From contig OZ024764.1 in assembly GCA_964016885.1 (NCBI GenBank), forward strand, positions 26,164,001-26,228,000: a stretch of 64,000 nucleotides of DNA, read 5' to 3'. The notes under the pieces are model-generated. The model made no database searches and was not told the DNA's origin. It was given only the letters and a program-made list of their open reading frames with translations. The position numbers were made by a program, and so were the translations under genes. Numbering within the stretch: position 1 is the first letter of the stretch; each line of letters begins with the position of its first letter. Shown here piece by piece: positions 51,760-64,000 of this stretch. The stretch comes from Eledone cirrhosa (Eukaryota).

Positions 51760-54492
51760 GTGTTCAGACCTGGAGAGGGTTCGGCCCTGCCAGACGAACT
51801 TAAGGATAGGTTTTACGAGTCCCTAATACACACTACTGCTCTAACAGACGACAAGGACTTCCTAATCATTGCAGGAGATTTTAACGGACACGTAGGTAAA
51901 CACTGCGACGGCTTCAATAGAGTACATGGAGGCCATGGAGTTGGCACAAGGAATGAGGAAGGATTCAGACTTCTAGAATTCTGCGACGCCAATGACATGT
52001 CGATATGTAACACAAACTTTAAAAAACCCGACAACCACCTGATCACCTATAGATCAGGGGAGCACTCTAGTCAGTTAGATTTTATCCTCATCAGAGGACG
52101 TGACAGATGGACGGTCGTAAACACAAAAGCCTTCCCTAGTGAGGAATGTACATCCCAACATAGCTTTGTTGTCAGCGACCTCACGGTCAGAACTAGACGA
52201 GCCCTGAAACAGAGGCCAACCTGGAGAAGAAAGATCTGGAAGCTGAAAGTCCCCTCAACCAGTAACAGATTTAAAGATATTTTACTCAACGCCTACGACA
52301 GTAAAGAAGAACAGATAGAGACATTTAACGTAGAAGAGAACTGGGAGTTCCTAAAAAATAACTTACTAGAGGCGACGGATGAGGTTTGTGGCTGGAGTAA
52401 GACCTCAAGCAGGAGGAGAGTGACTTGGTGGTGGAACAATAAGGTAGATGAAGCAGTCAAGGCCAAGAGACAGGCATGGAAAGAATGGAAGAACGGGGGG
52501 AGCAGGGTACATTACATAGAGACCAAGAGGGAAGCTAGGCGACAAGTATACTTAGCTAGGAGGGAAGCAGAGGATAGAAAATTCAAGCATGTTTTACAAC
52601 GTGAGGACCAGAAACAGGAGGTATTCAAGATTGCGAGGCAGTGTGTCAGAGATAGTTGTGATGTCATTGGAGAGAAGTGTATCCGGAATGATAAAGGTGA
52701 GCTTGCCCTCACAAGTGCTGAGAAGAAAGATGCATGGAAAAGTCATTATGATAGATTACTAAATGAGGAGAATGCATGGGAAGAAGAGACCCTACCCCAC
52801 GTAGACCCTATAGAGGGACCAGCAGTACAAGTCAGCGGCAGCGTAGTAAGTAAGGCAATCAGAGATATGAAGATAGGGAAGGCAACCGGTCCATCGGGTA
52901 TAGCTGCCGAGATGCTGAAGGCATCTGGGTCTGTAGGTCACACTATAACCACACGTATCGTTAACCAGGTAATACTAGAGGGGGCCATACCAAAAGATTG
53001 GTGCAGTAGCATCATTGTCAACTGCTACAAAGGTAAAGGCGATGCACTAGATAGAGGAAACTATAGAGGTATAAAGTTGATGGACCAGGTCATGAAAGTA
53101 ACAGAAAGAGTTATAGCACAGCTGATTAGGGACCGGGTGAATATAGACGAGATGCAATTTGGGTTTGTACCAGGGAAAGGCACCACTGATGCGCTCTTCC
53201 TTGTGAGGCAATTACAGGAAAAGTACCTAGCTAAAAGTAAGCCACTCTACTTGGCATTTGTCGACCTTGAGAAAGCCTTTGACAGAGTTCCACGTGCAGT
53301 AATCTGGTGGGCTCTTAGAAAACTAGGAGTAGATGAATGGCTTGTGAAAGCGGTACAAGCCATGTATAGGGGAGCAGTCAGCAAAGTTAGGATTGGCAAT
53401 GAGTATAGCGAGGAATTTAGCGTACAGGTTGGGGTCCAACAGGGCTCTGTTCTTAGCCCTCTCCTGTTCATCATAGTCCTGCAGGCAATAACGGAGGAGT
53501 TTAAGACCGGATGCCCATGGGAACTCCTGTATGCTGATGACCTCGCACTCATAGCTGAATCTATGGTAGAACTAGAGAATAAATTCCAAACCTGGAAGCA
53601 GGGACTAGAGAGAAAGGGCCTCAAAGTCAACATGACAAAGACTAAGGTCCTTATAAGTAGACGAGAAAACAGAACCCAGATCCCCTCAGGGAAATGGCCT
53701 TGCTCAGTATGTAGGAAAGGTGTAGGTAGGAACTCCATTCTCTGCCCCAAATGCAAACAATGGGTACACAAGAGATGTAGCGGGATCTCAGGAAGCTTAA
53801 TTAAGAATGTAGGATTCACATGCAGCAGCTGTGCTGAAACAGCAAGCAAACAGCCACAGGAAACAAGTACCACCAATCTCTGGGAGGGCCCTGTAGAAAC
53901 AGTAGACAGCTTCTGCTACCTAGGTGACCGAATTAGCAACGGAGGTGGGTGCTCAGAAAGTACAATAACTAGGGTAAGAACGGGATGGAAGAAGTTTAGG
54001 GAACTACTACCACTGCTAGCTGCAAAAGGCTTCTCCCTCAGAATGAAAGGCAGACTGTATGATGCGTGTATCCGAACAGCGATGTTGCATGGTAGTGAGA
54101 CCTGGGCGCTGAAGGTGGAAGACTTACGTAGATTAGAGAGAAACGAAGCCTGCATGCTCCGGTGGATGTGTAACAGTAATATACGTGAACGACAAAGCAT
54201 AAAGGAATTGAGAGAGAGACTGAGCATAAGAGGAATCAAATGCTGCGTGCAGGAGAGGCGGTTACGCTGGTATGGACATGTGATGCGTATGAAGGATGAC
54301 AGCTGCATAAAAAGGTGCAGAGCACTAGAAGTTGATGGAAACCGCGGAGTGGGGAGACCCAAGATGACTTGGGATGAGGTGATAAAAGCCGACCTTACCC
54401 AACTACACCTCTCAAAGTCAATGACACACGACCGTGACTTCTGGCGTCACGCAGTAATACAGGGTACCCGACCTCCCATGGGTACATGCTGA
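51760..54492 (+). CDS. RTE-clade LINE ORF: partial APE endonuclease, reverse transcriptase, internal Cys/His (PHD-like) finger; 5'-truncated, no stops
   Basis: IIAGDFNGHVG and SQLDFIL (APE); YKGKGD..NYRGIKL, QFGF.PGKGTTDA, AFVDLEKAFDRV, QGSVLSPLLF, LYADD (RT); CSVC..CPKC..HKRC..CSSC. The start at 51760 is nominal. Confidence 0.95.
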   Translation: MFRPGEGSALPDELKDRFYESLIHTTALTDDKDFLIIAGDFNGHVGKHCDGFNRVHGGHGVGTRNEEGFRLLEFCDANDMSICNTNFKKPDNHLITYRSGEHSSQLDFILIRGRDRWTVVNTKAFPSEECTSQHSFVVSDLTVRTRRALKQRPTWRRKIWKLKVPSTSNRFKDILLNAYDSKEEQIETFNVEENWEFLKNNLLEATDEVCGWSKTSSRRRVTWWWNNKVDEAVKAKRQAWKEWKNGGSRVHYIETKREARRQVYLARREAEDRKFKHVLQREDQKQEVFKIARQCVRDSCDVIGEKCIRNDKGELALTSAEKKDAWKSHYDRLLNEENAWEEETLPHVDPIEGPAVQVSGSVVSKAIRDMKIGKATGPSGIAAEMLKASGSVGHTITTRIVNQVILEGAIPKDWCSSIIVNCYKGKGDALDRGNYRGIKLMDQVMKVTERVIAQLIRDRVNIDEMQFGFVPGKGTTDALFLVRQLQEKYLAKSKPLYLAFVDLEKAFDRVPRAVIWWALRKLGVDEWLVKAVQAMYRGAVSKVRIGNEYSEEFSVQVGVQQGSVLSPLLFIIVLQAITEEFKTGCPWELLYADDLALIAESMVELENKFQTWKQGLERKGLKVNMTKTKVLISRRENRTQIPSGKWPCSVCRKGVGRNSILCPKCKQWVHKRCSGISGSLIKNVGFTCSSCAETASKQPQETSTTNLWEGPVETVDSFCYLGDRISNGGGCSESTITRVRTGWKKFRELLPLLAAKGFSLRMKGRLYDACIRTAMLHGSETWALKVEDLRRLERNEACMLRWMCNSNIRERQSIKELRERLSIRGIKCCVQERRLRWYGHVMRMKDDSCIKRCRALEVDGNRGVGRPKMTWDEVIKADLTQLHLSKSMTHDRDFWRHAVIQGTRPPMGTC

Positions 54493-54790
54493 AGCATATA
54501 AACAATATGCCCCCCCCCCCCCACCGCAAGGTGGTCGTGGAGGTGCCACGGCAAAAAAGCACCCAGCCCACACTGTAAAGTGGACGTGTAGGCGCCACGA
54601 AAAAGCACCCAGCACTCACTGTAAATGAGGTTGGTGTTAGGAAGGGCATCCAGCTGTAGAAATCAAGCCAGATCAGTTCCTGTATGAGCAAGGCATGGTC
54701 AGCCGACCAGACACTGCCCACAACAGAACAACCCGTCTAACCCATGCTAGCGTGGAAGAACGGACGTAAAACGGTGATGATGATGATGAT
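51781..54790 (+). mobile_element. RTE LINE insertion including 3' UTR and (GAT)n tail, antisense to NF1
   Basis: ORF followed by a UTR with gttaggaagggcatccagc and aacccatgctagc..ggacgtaaaacggtgatgatgatgat. Confidence 0.9.
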
Positions 54791-54814
54791 ATATTACATA
54801 CAAAGTTATTTTAA

Positions 54815-56745
54815 TAGGCAGTGCCACCACCACCACCACCACCACAGTATAGGCAGTGCCACCACCACCACCACTACAGTATAGGCAGTGCCACCACCAC
54901 CACAGTATAGGCAGTGCCACCACCACCACCACCACAGTATAGGCAGTGCCACCACCACCACCATTACAGTATAGGCAGTGCCACCACCACCACAGTATAG
55001 GCAGTGCCACCACCACCACCACTACAGTATAGGCAGTGCCACCACCACCACCACTACCACAGTATAGGCAGTGCCACCACCACCACCACCACCACTACAG
55101 TATAGGCAGTGCCACCACCACCACTACAGTATAGGCAGTGCCACCACCACCACCACTACAGTATAGGCAGTGCCACCACCACCACCACCACTACAGTATA
55201 GGCAGTGCCACCACCACCACCACTACAGTATAGGCAGTGCCACCACCACCACCACCACCACCACTACAGTATAGGCAGTGCCACCACCACCACCACCACT
55301 ACAGTATAGGCAGTGCCACCACCACCACCACCACTACAGTATAGGCAGTGCCACCACCACCACCACCACTACAGTATAGGCAGTGCCACCACCACCACCA
55401 CCACCACCACTACAGTATAGGCAGTGCCACCACCACCACCACCACTACAGTGTAGGCAGTGCCACCACCACCACCACCCCCACTACAGTATAGGCAGTGC
55501 CACCATCACCACCACCACCCCCACTACAGTATAGGCAGTGTCACCACCACCAATGTATAGGCAGTGCCACCACCACTACAGTATAGGCAGTGCCACCACC
55601 ACCACCACTACAGTATAGGCAGTGCCACCACCACCACCACCACTACAGTATAGGCAGTGCCACCACCACCACAGTATAGGCAGTGCCACCACCACCACCA
55701 CCACCACCACCACTACAGTATAGGCAGTGCCACCACCACCACCACCACTACAGTATAGGCAGTGCCACCACCACCACCACTACAGTATAGGCAGTGCCAC
55801 CACCACCACCCCCACCACCACAGTATAGGCAGTGCCACCACCACCACCACCACCACTACAGTATAGGCAGTGCCACCACCACCACGACTACAGTATAGGC
55901 AGTGCCACCACCACCACCCCCACCACCACTACAATATAGGCAGTGCCACCACCCCCACCACCACCACCACAGTATAGGCAGTGCCACCACCACCACGACT
56001 ACAGTATAGGCAGTGCCACCACCACCACCCCCACCACCACTACAATATAGGCAGTGCCACCACCCCCACCACCACCACCACAGTATAGGCAGTACCACCA
56101 CCACTACAGTGTAGGCAGTACCACCACCACTACAGTATAGGCAGTGCCACCACCACCACCCCCACCACCACTACAATATAGGCAGTGCCACCACCCCCAC
56201 CACCACCACCACAGTATAGGCAGTGCCACCACCACCACGACTACAGTATAGGCAGTGCCACCACCACCACCCCCACCACCACTACAATATAGGCAGTGCC
56301 ACCACCCCCACCACCACCACCACAGTATAGGCAGTACCACCACCACCACCACCACCACGACTACAGTATAGGCAGTGCCACCACCACCACCCCCACCACC
56401 ACTACAATATAGGCAGTGCCACCACCCCCACCACCACCACCACAGTATAGGCAGTACCACCACCACCACCACCACCACGACTACAGTATAGGCAGTGCCA
56501 CCACCACCACCCCCACCACCACTACAATATAGGCAGTGCCACCACCCCCACCACCACCACCACAGTATAGGCAGTACCACCACCACCACCACTACAGTGT
56601 AGGCAGTGCCACCACCACCACCACCACCACCACTACAGTATCGGCAGTGCCACCACCACTACAGTGTAGGCAGTGCCACCACCACCACCACTACAGTATA
56701 GGCAGTGCTACCACCACCACCACCACCACCACCACCACCACCACT
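54815..56745. repeat. Minisatellite with fixed core acagtataggcagtg and variable (CAC)n spacer
   Basis: Directly visible. Confidence 0.93.
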
Positions 56746-56814
56746 GCTATCATGTGTAATCCACATCCTTATCAGATGCTGTTACATAAGAAGCAGGCAA
56801 GACAATGACCTCTT

Positions 56815-56845
<31 letters not shown>

Positions 56846-57232
56846 TGTAGTGGTGGTAGTAGTAGTGGTGGTGGTGGTGGTGGTGGTGGTGGTGGTGGTG
56901 GTGGTTGTAGTGGTGCTAGTAGTAGTAATAGTAGTAGTAGTAGTAGTAGTGGTAGTAGTAGTGGTTGTAGTGGTGGTGGTAGTAGTAGTAGTGGTGGTGG
57001 CGGTGGTTGTAGTGGTGGTGGTGGTAGTAGTAGTAGTAGTGGTGGTGGTTGTAGTGGTAGTGGTAGTAGTAGTAGTAGTAGTGGTAGTAGTAGTGGTAGC
57101 AGTGGTGGTGGTGGTTGTAGTGGTGGTAGTAGTAGTAGTGGTGGTGGTGGTAGTTGTAGTAGTAGTGGTGGTAGTTGTAGTAGTAGTGGTAGTAGTACTA
57201 GTAGTGGTAGTAACAACAACAACAACAGTAAC
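56815..57232. repeat. (GTA/GTG)n microsatellite
   Basis: Directly visible. Confidence 0.92.
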
Positions 57233-57317
57233 AAATCAACTGAAAATGACATTCATGTCAACAGCTCCCTACAGCAGCGCCCTCTAGCAGTACCAAATAG
57301 CATTGTTGCATTGGCCT

Positions 57318-57483
57318 ATACACATGTATATATACACATATATATATATATATATATACATACATACACATACATAAATATATATATACACACACACATA
57401 CATATATATCTATATATATAAACACATATACATATATACATAATATATACACATATATACATAATATATATATATATATATAC

Positions 57484-57521
<38 letters not shown>

Positions 57522-57721
57522 CATATTTATATACACACCATATCATATATTTACATATATATATATACACATACATAATATATATACATATATATATACA
57601 TACATATTTATATACACATCATATCATATATATATATATATATGTTGGCACCCTTAACTCGCAGTTGGGTGCGGATGCATTCATGTATATATGTGTGTGT
57701 CCGCATGTATCTGTGTGTTTC

Positions 57722-57816
<95 letters not shown>

Positions 57817-58148
57817 TGCATAATATATATATATATATATGCACACATGCATAATATATATATATATATATATGCACACATACATAATATATATATATGC
57901 ACACATACATAATATATATATATATGCACACATACATAATATATATATATGCACACATACATAATATATATATATATACACACATACATAATATATATAT
58001 ATATGCACACATACATAATATATATATATGCACACATACATAATATATATATATGCACACATACATAATATATATATATATATATATGCACACATACATA
58101 ATATATATATATGCACACATACATAATATATATATATATATACATACA
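57318..58148. repeat. TA-rich compound microsatellite (including gcacacatacataatatata units)
   Basis: Directly visible. Confidence 0.9.
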
Positions 58149-58184
58149 AGAACTTCCTGTTCCTAATTAGAAATCTCTTTCCAT

Positions 58185-58660
58185 ATAGCCACAAGTACCA
58201 CAAATTCTTGAACTTACTGTTATGGTTAGTAACTGCTGTCTAGATAACACCGTTTCAAATATCGCCTGGTTTAACAGGAAAAAAAAAAAAAAAACATGCA
58301 CCCACACAGACCCCCTATACAGCTGGTAACTGCCGAAACCCTACCAATTGTCCTCTTGGTTGAAGCTTCATCTCAAAGGGCATGGGCTGCAGAGACCACA
58401 TCCAAGCAGCCAGATGTCATTCAGAGGTATCATACAGGCCTAACAGCCAATTAATTCAAAAGTAGATTCACCCACCATGTACACTCCTTTAGATGCACAA
58501 ACAGGGAGAACTCTACTTTCCTGACCCATTTCATCTGGAGGCTCTGTGACCAATGGGACAACATCTCAAGCATTCAATGATTGTGTCCTACCGCTGTGTG
58601 GGATGCAAATGCCAACTCTGCCTCAATGAGAGGTTGTGAATGCTGCCTCAATCTTCAGTA
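58185..58660 (+). pseudogene. Decayed Penelope-like element fragment (RT C-terminal linker and GIY-YIG region)
   Basis: Broken frames read HKYHKFLN..TVMVSNCCLDN, NCRNPTNCPLG, HTGLTAN.FKSRFTHHVHSFR..NSTFLTHFIW, CQLCLNE, in the motif order of Penelope-like ORFs. Confidence 0.65.
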
Positions 58661-58665
58661 TCCAA

Positions 58666-59075
58666 CATCATCATCATCATCATCATCATTTAACGTCTAT
58701 CTTCCACACTAACGTGGGTTAGACGAGTTTGTCCCACTTGAGGCAAGTTGGGTTGGGTGACCATGTCCCGCTTGCATAGGGCTTTTTCTGGCTGGTTTTC
58801 TAAGGGTGGATGCCGTTTCTAATACCAACCGCGTTTACACTGTGTGCTGGGTGCTTTTTACCGTGTTACCTACACGACCACTTTACAGTGAGGACTGGGT
58901 GCTTTTTGTTGTGACACCTACACAACCACTTTACAGTGACTACTGAGTGCTTTTTGTTGTGACACCGACATGACTACTTTACAGTGTGGACTGGGTACTT
59001 TTTGTTGTGACACCTACACGACCACTTTAGTATGGGCTGGATGTTTTGTGGTACCAACATAACTTTACAGAGTAA
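58666..59075 (-). mobile_element. RTE-type 3' UTR fragment with several 49-bp-family units
   Basis: (CAT)n, aacgtc..gggttagacg, ggatgcc..ctaataccaacc, then repeated gacacctacacgaccactttacagtg. Confidence 0.75.
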
Positions 59076-59139
59076 AGATGGTGTGGGGTGTACATCGGAT
59101 TCAGAGGTGCCTACTGAGTAGACATTAGTGATGAAACGT

Positions 59140-59648
59140 TATACACAAATACAAATGGTATATATGTCATCAGTTTGACTTTCTACACAAGTATAAATAG
59201 TAAATATACCACCAATGTGATTTTATACACAAGTATATAGAAAATATGTCATCGGTGTGACTTATACACAAGTAAATCCAGTATATATGTAATCAGTATG
59301 GATTTATACACAAATACATATAGTCATCACTGTGACACACATATATATGGTGTATGTCGTTAAGACTTTATACACATGTGCATACAGTATATATGTTATT
59401 GGCATAACTTATACACAAGAGAATACAGTATATATGTTATTGGTGTGACTCATACACAAGTATATACAGTGTCATCAGTATGACTTCATACACAAGTATA
59501 TATGATGTATCAATGTGGCTTATACATAAATGAATACAATATATATGTTATTGGTGTGACTTTACACAAGTGGATACATTATATATGTTATTGGTGTGAC
59601 TTATACACAAGAGAATACAGTATGTTATTGGTATGATTATATACAAAA
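59140..59648. repeat. Old diverged ~38-40-bp tandem repeat
   Basis: Recurrent tatacacaag...tatatatgttattggtgtgact. Confidence 0.7.
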
Positions 59649-60269
59649 GTATGTGGAGCAAACCAAGCCAAAATACAGATCTGTCTGAGCAAGACTTGGT
59701 CTCAAAACCTGACTTGTCTCATCACATGACAAACAGTTTAACCCCTGCAAGCAAGGAAAAATAAACGGATGATAATATGATGATGATGGTGATGATGATG
59801 ATGATGGTACTATCAATGTAAAATAGTCTGAAGTCAGGTTTCTGTAGCATGAAGCAACTGAAGATACATGACTACCTATGAATAGGATGCCAGTCCATGA
59901 CAGAGTTAAACCCACAGCTATTGCTGGTACTCATTTTCAGCTGAGTTCACTGGAGCAACATGAAATAAAGTGTTTTGCATGAAATCACATTAGCAAAACA
60001 GTTTTGAAAACTACAAAACAAAACTATGACTGCATCACATTAAATACTAAAGTCTTTACTGTAATACTGTAAATGTTCACAACAATCTGTCCACCAGTAA
60101 AGATACTATAAAGATTTAGTACAAAACAACACTATGACTACATCACATTAGATATTAAAGTCTTTACTGTAATACTGTAAATTTTCATGGTGAATCCACC
60201 AGTAAAAACACCAAAAACATTTCAATTAAAAAAAAAAAACAGATAGAACCACATTGACAAGTATTTTTT

Positions 60270-61030
60270 TTTTAAAATACAAAGCAACAGTATAACTGAT
60301 CTGGAAGCCTTTGATAGGGTCCCATACTCTGTAATATACACAACTGCTTAATTGTTGTACAAGGTTTGTTGGTCACTGCTTCCACGCAAAAGATGAGATG
60401 GTTTTTTTTCAGAGCTCTTGCTGTGGAAAGTCTCCTCTACCAGAAAGTTCAGATACCAGTAATATACCATAGCAAGAGACACTGGAATTGACAAGGATGA
60501 CCTACAAACCTTGATGGGAAACAGAAACTGTTGGCATGAAGTTGTGCTTCCTGTCTTGCCTAAGAGCAATAAGATAGAGATGCAGTCAGCAAAGTGAGAG
60601 CTGGCAATGAGTAGTGACAAATTTAGTGTGTGGGTGGTAGTTGACCAGGCAGTCTTCAGTCCCCTTCTGTTTATTATTGTCCTTCAGGCTATTGGCTGTC
60701 AATAGGAACTTATATATACTAATGACCTGGTTTTCATAGCTGAATCTCTAATAGAGCTGCAGACAACATTTCATGAAAGCAGGAGTAGATGGGGGCCATA
60801 TAGGTCATATCAAGAGAGTTAGAGGGAACTCCAATATGGTTATGGCCTGGTTCTCATAGCTGAATCTGTAATTGAGTTAGGGACAAAATTTAGGGAAACT
60901 TGGCACCTTGATGGCACTTACACTCGCCTGCTTCAACACATTCAGAACGTAAGCTGGCGACATCTGACTTTGAGAGAAATATATGCCAGCCTCCCACGCA
61001 AATTTGTCGTTGTACATAAAAAGAGAGTAA
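60270..61030 (+). mobile_element. Jumbled decayed RTE LINE fragments
   Basis: AFDRVP, SPLLFIIVLQAI, ELIYTNDLVFIAES, IARDTGID..LQTLM, LDGTYTRLLQHIQNVSWRHLTLREIY motifs in broken frames. Confidence 0.7.
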
Positions 61031-64000
61031 AATTTACTGGCCACTGCCATCGTGCCACCTCTGAGGCTGTGTCCCCATTAGTGCTTTGGAATCCACAAGC
61101 AGTCACTAATAACAGGGGCCACAAGCTCTCCTATCCTAATTTACTGGCCACTGCCATCGTGCCACCTCTGAGGCTGTGTCCCCATTAGTGCTTTGGAAAC
61201 CACAAGCAGTCACTAATAACAGGGGCCACAAGCTCTCCTATCCCTAATTTACTGGCCACTGCCATCGTGCCACCTCTGAGGCTGTGTCCCCATTAGTGCT
61301 GTAGAAAACACAAGCAGTCACTAATAACAGGGGCCACAAGCTCTCCTATCCTAATTTACTGGCCACTGCCATCGTGCCACCTCTGAGGCTGTGTCCCCAT
61401 TAGTGCTTTGGAATCCACAAGCAGTCACTAATAACAGGGGCCACAAGCTCTCCTATCCTAATTTACTGGCCACTGCCATCGTGCCACCTCTGAGGCTGTG
61501 TCCCCATTAGTGCTTTGGAATCCACAAGCAGTCACTAATAACAGGGGACACAAGCTCTCCTATCCCTGATTTGCTGGCCACTGCCATCGTGCCACCTCTG
61601 AGGCTGTGTCCCCATTAGTGCTTTGGGAAACCACAAGCAGTCACTAATAACAGGGGCCACAAGCTCTCCTATCCTAATTTACTGGCCACTGCCATCGTGC
61701 CACTTCTGAGGCTGTGTCCCCATTAGTGCTTTGGGAAACCACAAGCAGTCACTAATAACAGGGGACACAAGCTCTCCTATCCTAATTTACTGGCCACTGC
61801 CATCGTGCCACCTCTGAGGCTGTGTCCCCATTAGTGCTTTGGGAAACCACAAGCAGTCACTAATAACAGGGGCCACAAGCTCTCCTATCCTAATTTACTG
61901 GCCACTGCCATCGTGCCACCTCTGAGGCTGTGTCCCCATTAGTGCTTTGGAAACCACAAGCAGTCACTAATAAGAGGGGACACATGCTCTCCTATCATAA
62001 TTTACTGGCCACTGCCATCGTGCCACCTCTGAGGCTGTGTCCCCATTAGTGCTTTGGGAAACCACAAGCAGTCACTAATAACAGGGGCCACAAGCTCTCC
62101 TATCCCTGATTTGCTGGCCACTGCCATCGTGCCACCTCTGAGGCTGTGTCCCCATTAGTGCTTTGGAAACCACAAGCAGTCACTAATAACAGGGGCCACA
62201 AGCTCTCCTATCCCTGATTTGCTGGCCACTGCCATCGTGCCACCTCTGAGGCTGTGTCCCCATTAGTGCTTTGGGAAACCACAAGCAGTCACTAATAACA
62301 GGGGCCACAAGCTCTCCTATCCTAATTTACTGGCCACTGCCATCGTGCCACTTCTGAGGCTGTGTCCCCATTAGTGCTTTGGGAAACCACAAGCAGTCAC
62401 TAATAACAGGGGACACAAGCTCTCCTATCCTAATTTACTGGCCACTGCCATCGTGCCACCTCTGAGGCTGTGTCCCCATTAGTGCTTTGGAATCCACAAG
62501 CAGTCACTAATAACAGGGGCCACAAGCTCTCCTATCCTAATTTACTGGCCACTGCCATCGTGCCACCTCTGAGGCTGTGTCCCCATTAGTGCTTTGGAAA
62601 CCACAAGCAGTCACTAATAAGAGGGGACACATGCTCTCCTATCATAATTTACTGGCCACTGCCATCGTGCCACCTCTGAGGCTGTGTCCCCATTAGTGCT
62701 TTGGGAAACCACAAGCAGTCACTAATAACAGGGGCCACAAGCTCTCCTATCCCTGATTTGCTGGCCACTGCCATCGTGCCACCTCTGAGGCTGTGTCCCC
62801 ATTAGTGCTTTGGAAACCACAAGCAGTCACTAATAACAGGGGCCACAAGCTCTCCTATCCCTGATTTGCTGGCCACTGCCATCGTGCCACCTCTGAGGCT
62901 GTGTCCCCATTAGTGCTTTGGGAAACCACAAGCAGTCACTAATAACAGGGGCCACAAGCTCTCCTATCCCTAATTTACTGGCCACTGCCATCGTGCCACC
63001 TCTGAGGCTGTGTCCCCATTAGTGCTTTGGAAACCACAAGCAGTCACTAATAAGAGGGGACACAAGCTCTCCTATCCTAATTTACTGGCCACTGCCATCG
63101 TGCCACCTCTGAGGCTGTGTCCCCATTAGTGCTTTGGAAAACACAAGCAGTCACTAATAACAGGGGCCACAAGCTCTCCTATCCTAATTTACTGGCCACT
63201 GCCATCGTGCCACCTCTGAGGCTGTGTCCCCATTAGTGCTTTGGGAAACCACAAGCAGTCACTAATAACAGGGGACACAAGCTCTCCTATCCCTGATTTG
63301 CTGGCCACTGCCATCGTGCCACCTCTGAGGCTGTGTCCCCATTAGTGCTTTGGAAACCACACGCAGTCACTAATAACAGGGGCCACAAGCTCTCCTATCC
63401 CTAATTTACTGGCCACTGCCATCGTGCCACCTCTGAGGCTGTGTCCCCATTAGTGCTTTGGGAAACCACAAGCAGTCACTAATAAGAGGGGACACAAGCT
63501 CTCCTATCCTAATTTGCTGGCCACTGCCATCGTGCCACCTCTGAGGCTGTGTCCCCATTAGTGCTTTGGAATCCACAAGCAGTCACTAATAACAGGGGAC
63601 ACAAGCTCTCCTATCCTAATTTACTGGCCACTGCCATCGTGCCACCTATGAGGCTGTGTCCCCATTAGTGCTTTGGGAAACCACAAGCAGTCACTAATAA
63701 CAGGGGCCACAAGCTCTCCTATCCTAATTTACTGGCCACTGCCATCGTGCCACCTCTGAGGCTGTGTCCCCATTAGTGCTTTGGGAAACCACAAGCAGTC
63801 ACTAATAACAGGGGCCACAAGCTCTCCTATCCTAATTTGCTGGCCACTGCCATCGTGCCACCTCTGAGGCTGTGTCTCCATTAGTGCTTTGGGAAACCAC
63901 AAGCAGTCACTAATAACAGGGGCCACAAGCTCTCCTATCCTAATTTACTGGCCACTGCCATCGTGCCACCTCTGAGGCTGTGTCCCCATTAGTGCTTTGG
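61031..64000 (+). repeat. 107-109-bp minisatellite (~27 copies, runs off window end) derived from RTE RT C-terminal coding sequence
   Basis: Unit aatttactggccactgccatcgtgccacctctgaggctgtgtccccattagtgctttgg...ctcctatcct is in frame with the upstream LINE fragment (FTGHCHRATSEAVSPLVLWNP..KLSYP). Confidence 0.93.

Noticed and set aside
42714-64000. NF1 first coding exon (expected ~20 codons ending near RFxxQ)
   Set aside because: I found no convincing match in the unique stretches read (44.0, 45.1, 46.7, 56.8, 57.3, 58.2, 60.3 kb); it probably lies beyond the window, though a diverged short exon could have been missed.

Overview
Eukaryotic, intron-rich animal DNA; the SINE/LINE content and microsatellite load suggest a mollusc, probably an octopus (inference, not verifiable here). 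The only host gene I can support is a neurofibromin (NF1) orthologue on the minus strand. Eleven GT-AG exons from 42713 down to 952 join in frame to 1239 nt (413 aa) that match the NF1 N-terminal region; the first coding exon was not found in the window. The introns hold about a dozen minisatellite arrays, microsatellites, tRNA-derived SINEs, a 5'-truncated but uninterrupted RTE-type LINE (51.8-54.8 kb), LINE and Penelope-like fragments and TTAA-type MITEs. Almost all long ORFs in the supplied track are artefacts of tandem repeats. Most notable: (1) two multi-kb 78-bp arrays in inverted orientation bracket eight NF1 exons totalling 777 nt, phase 0 to phase 0, a candidate dsRNA/back-splicing scaffold; (2) the 78-bp unit resembles the adjacent NF1 exon end and splice donor; (3) most arrays can be traced to a piece of a SINE, LINE or MITE whose low-copy form is also in the window; (4) there is a perfect 168-bp hairpin and a hammerhead-ribozyme-like fold.
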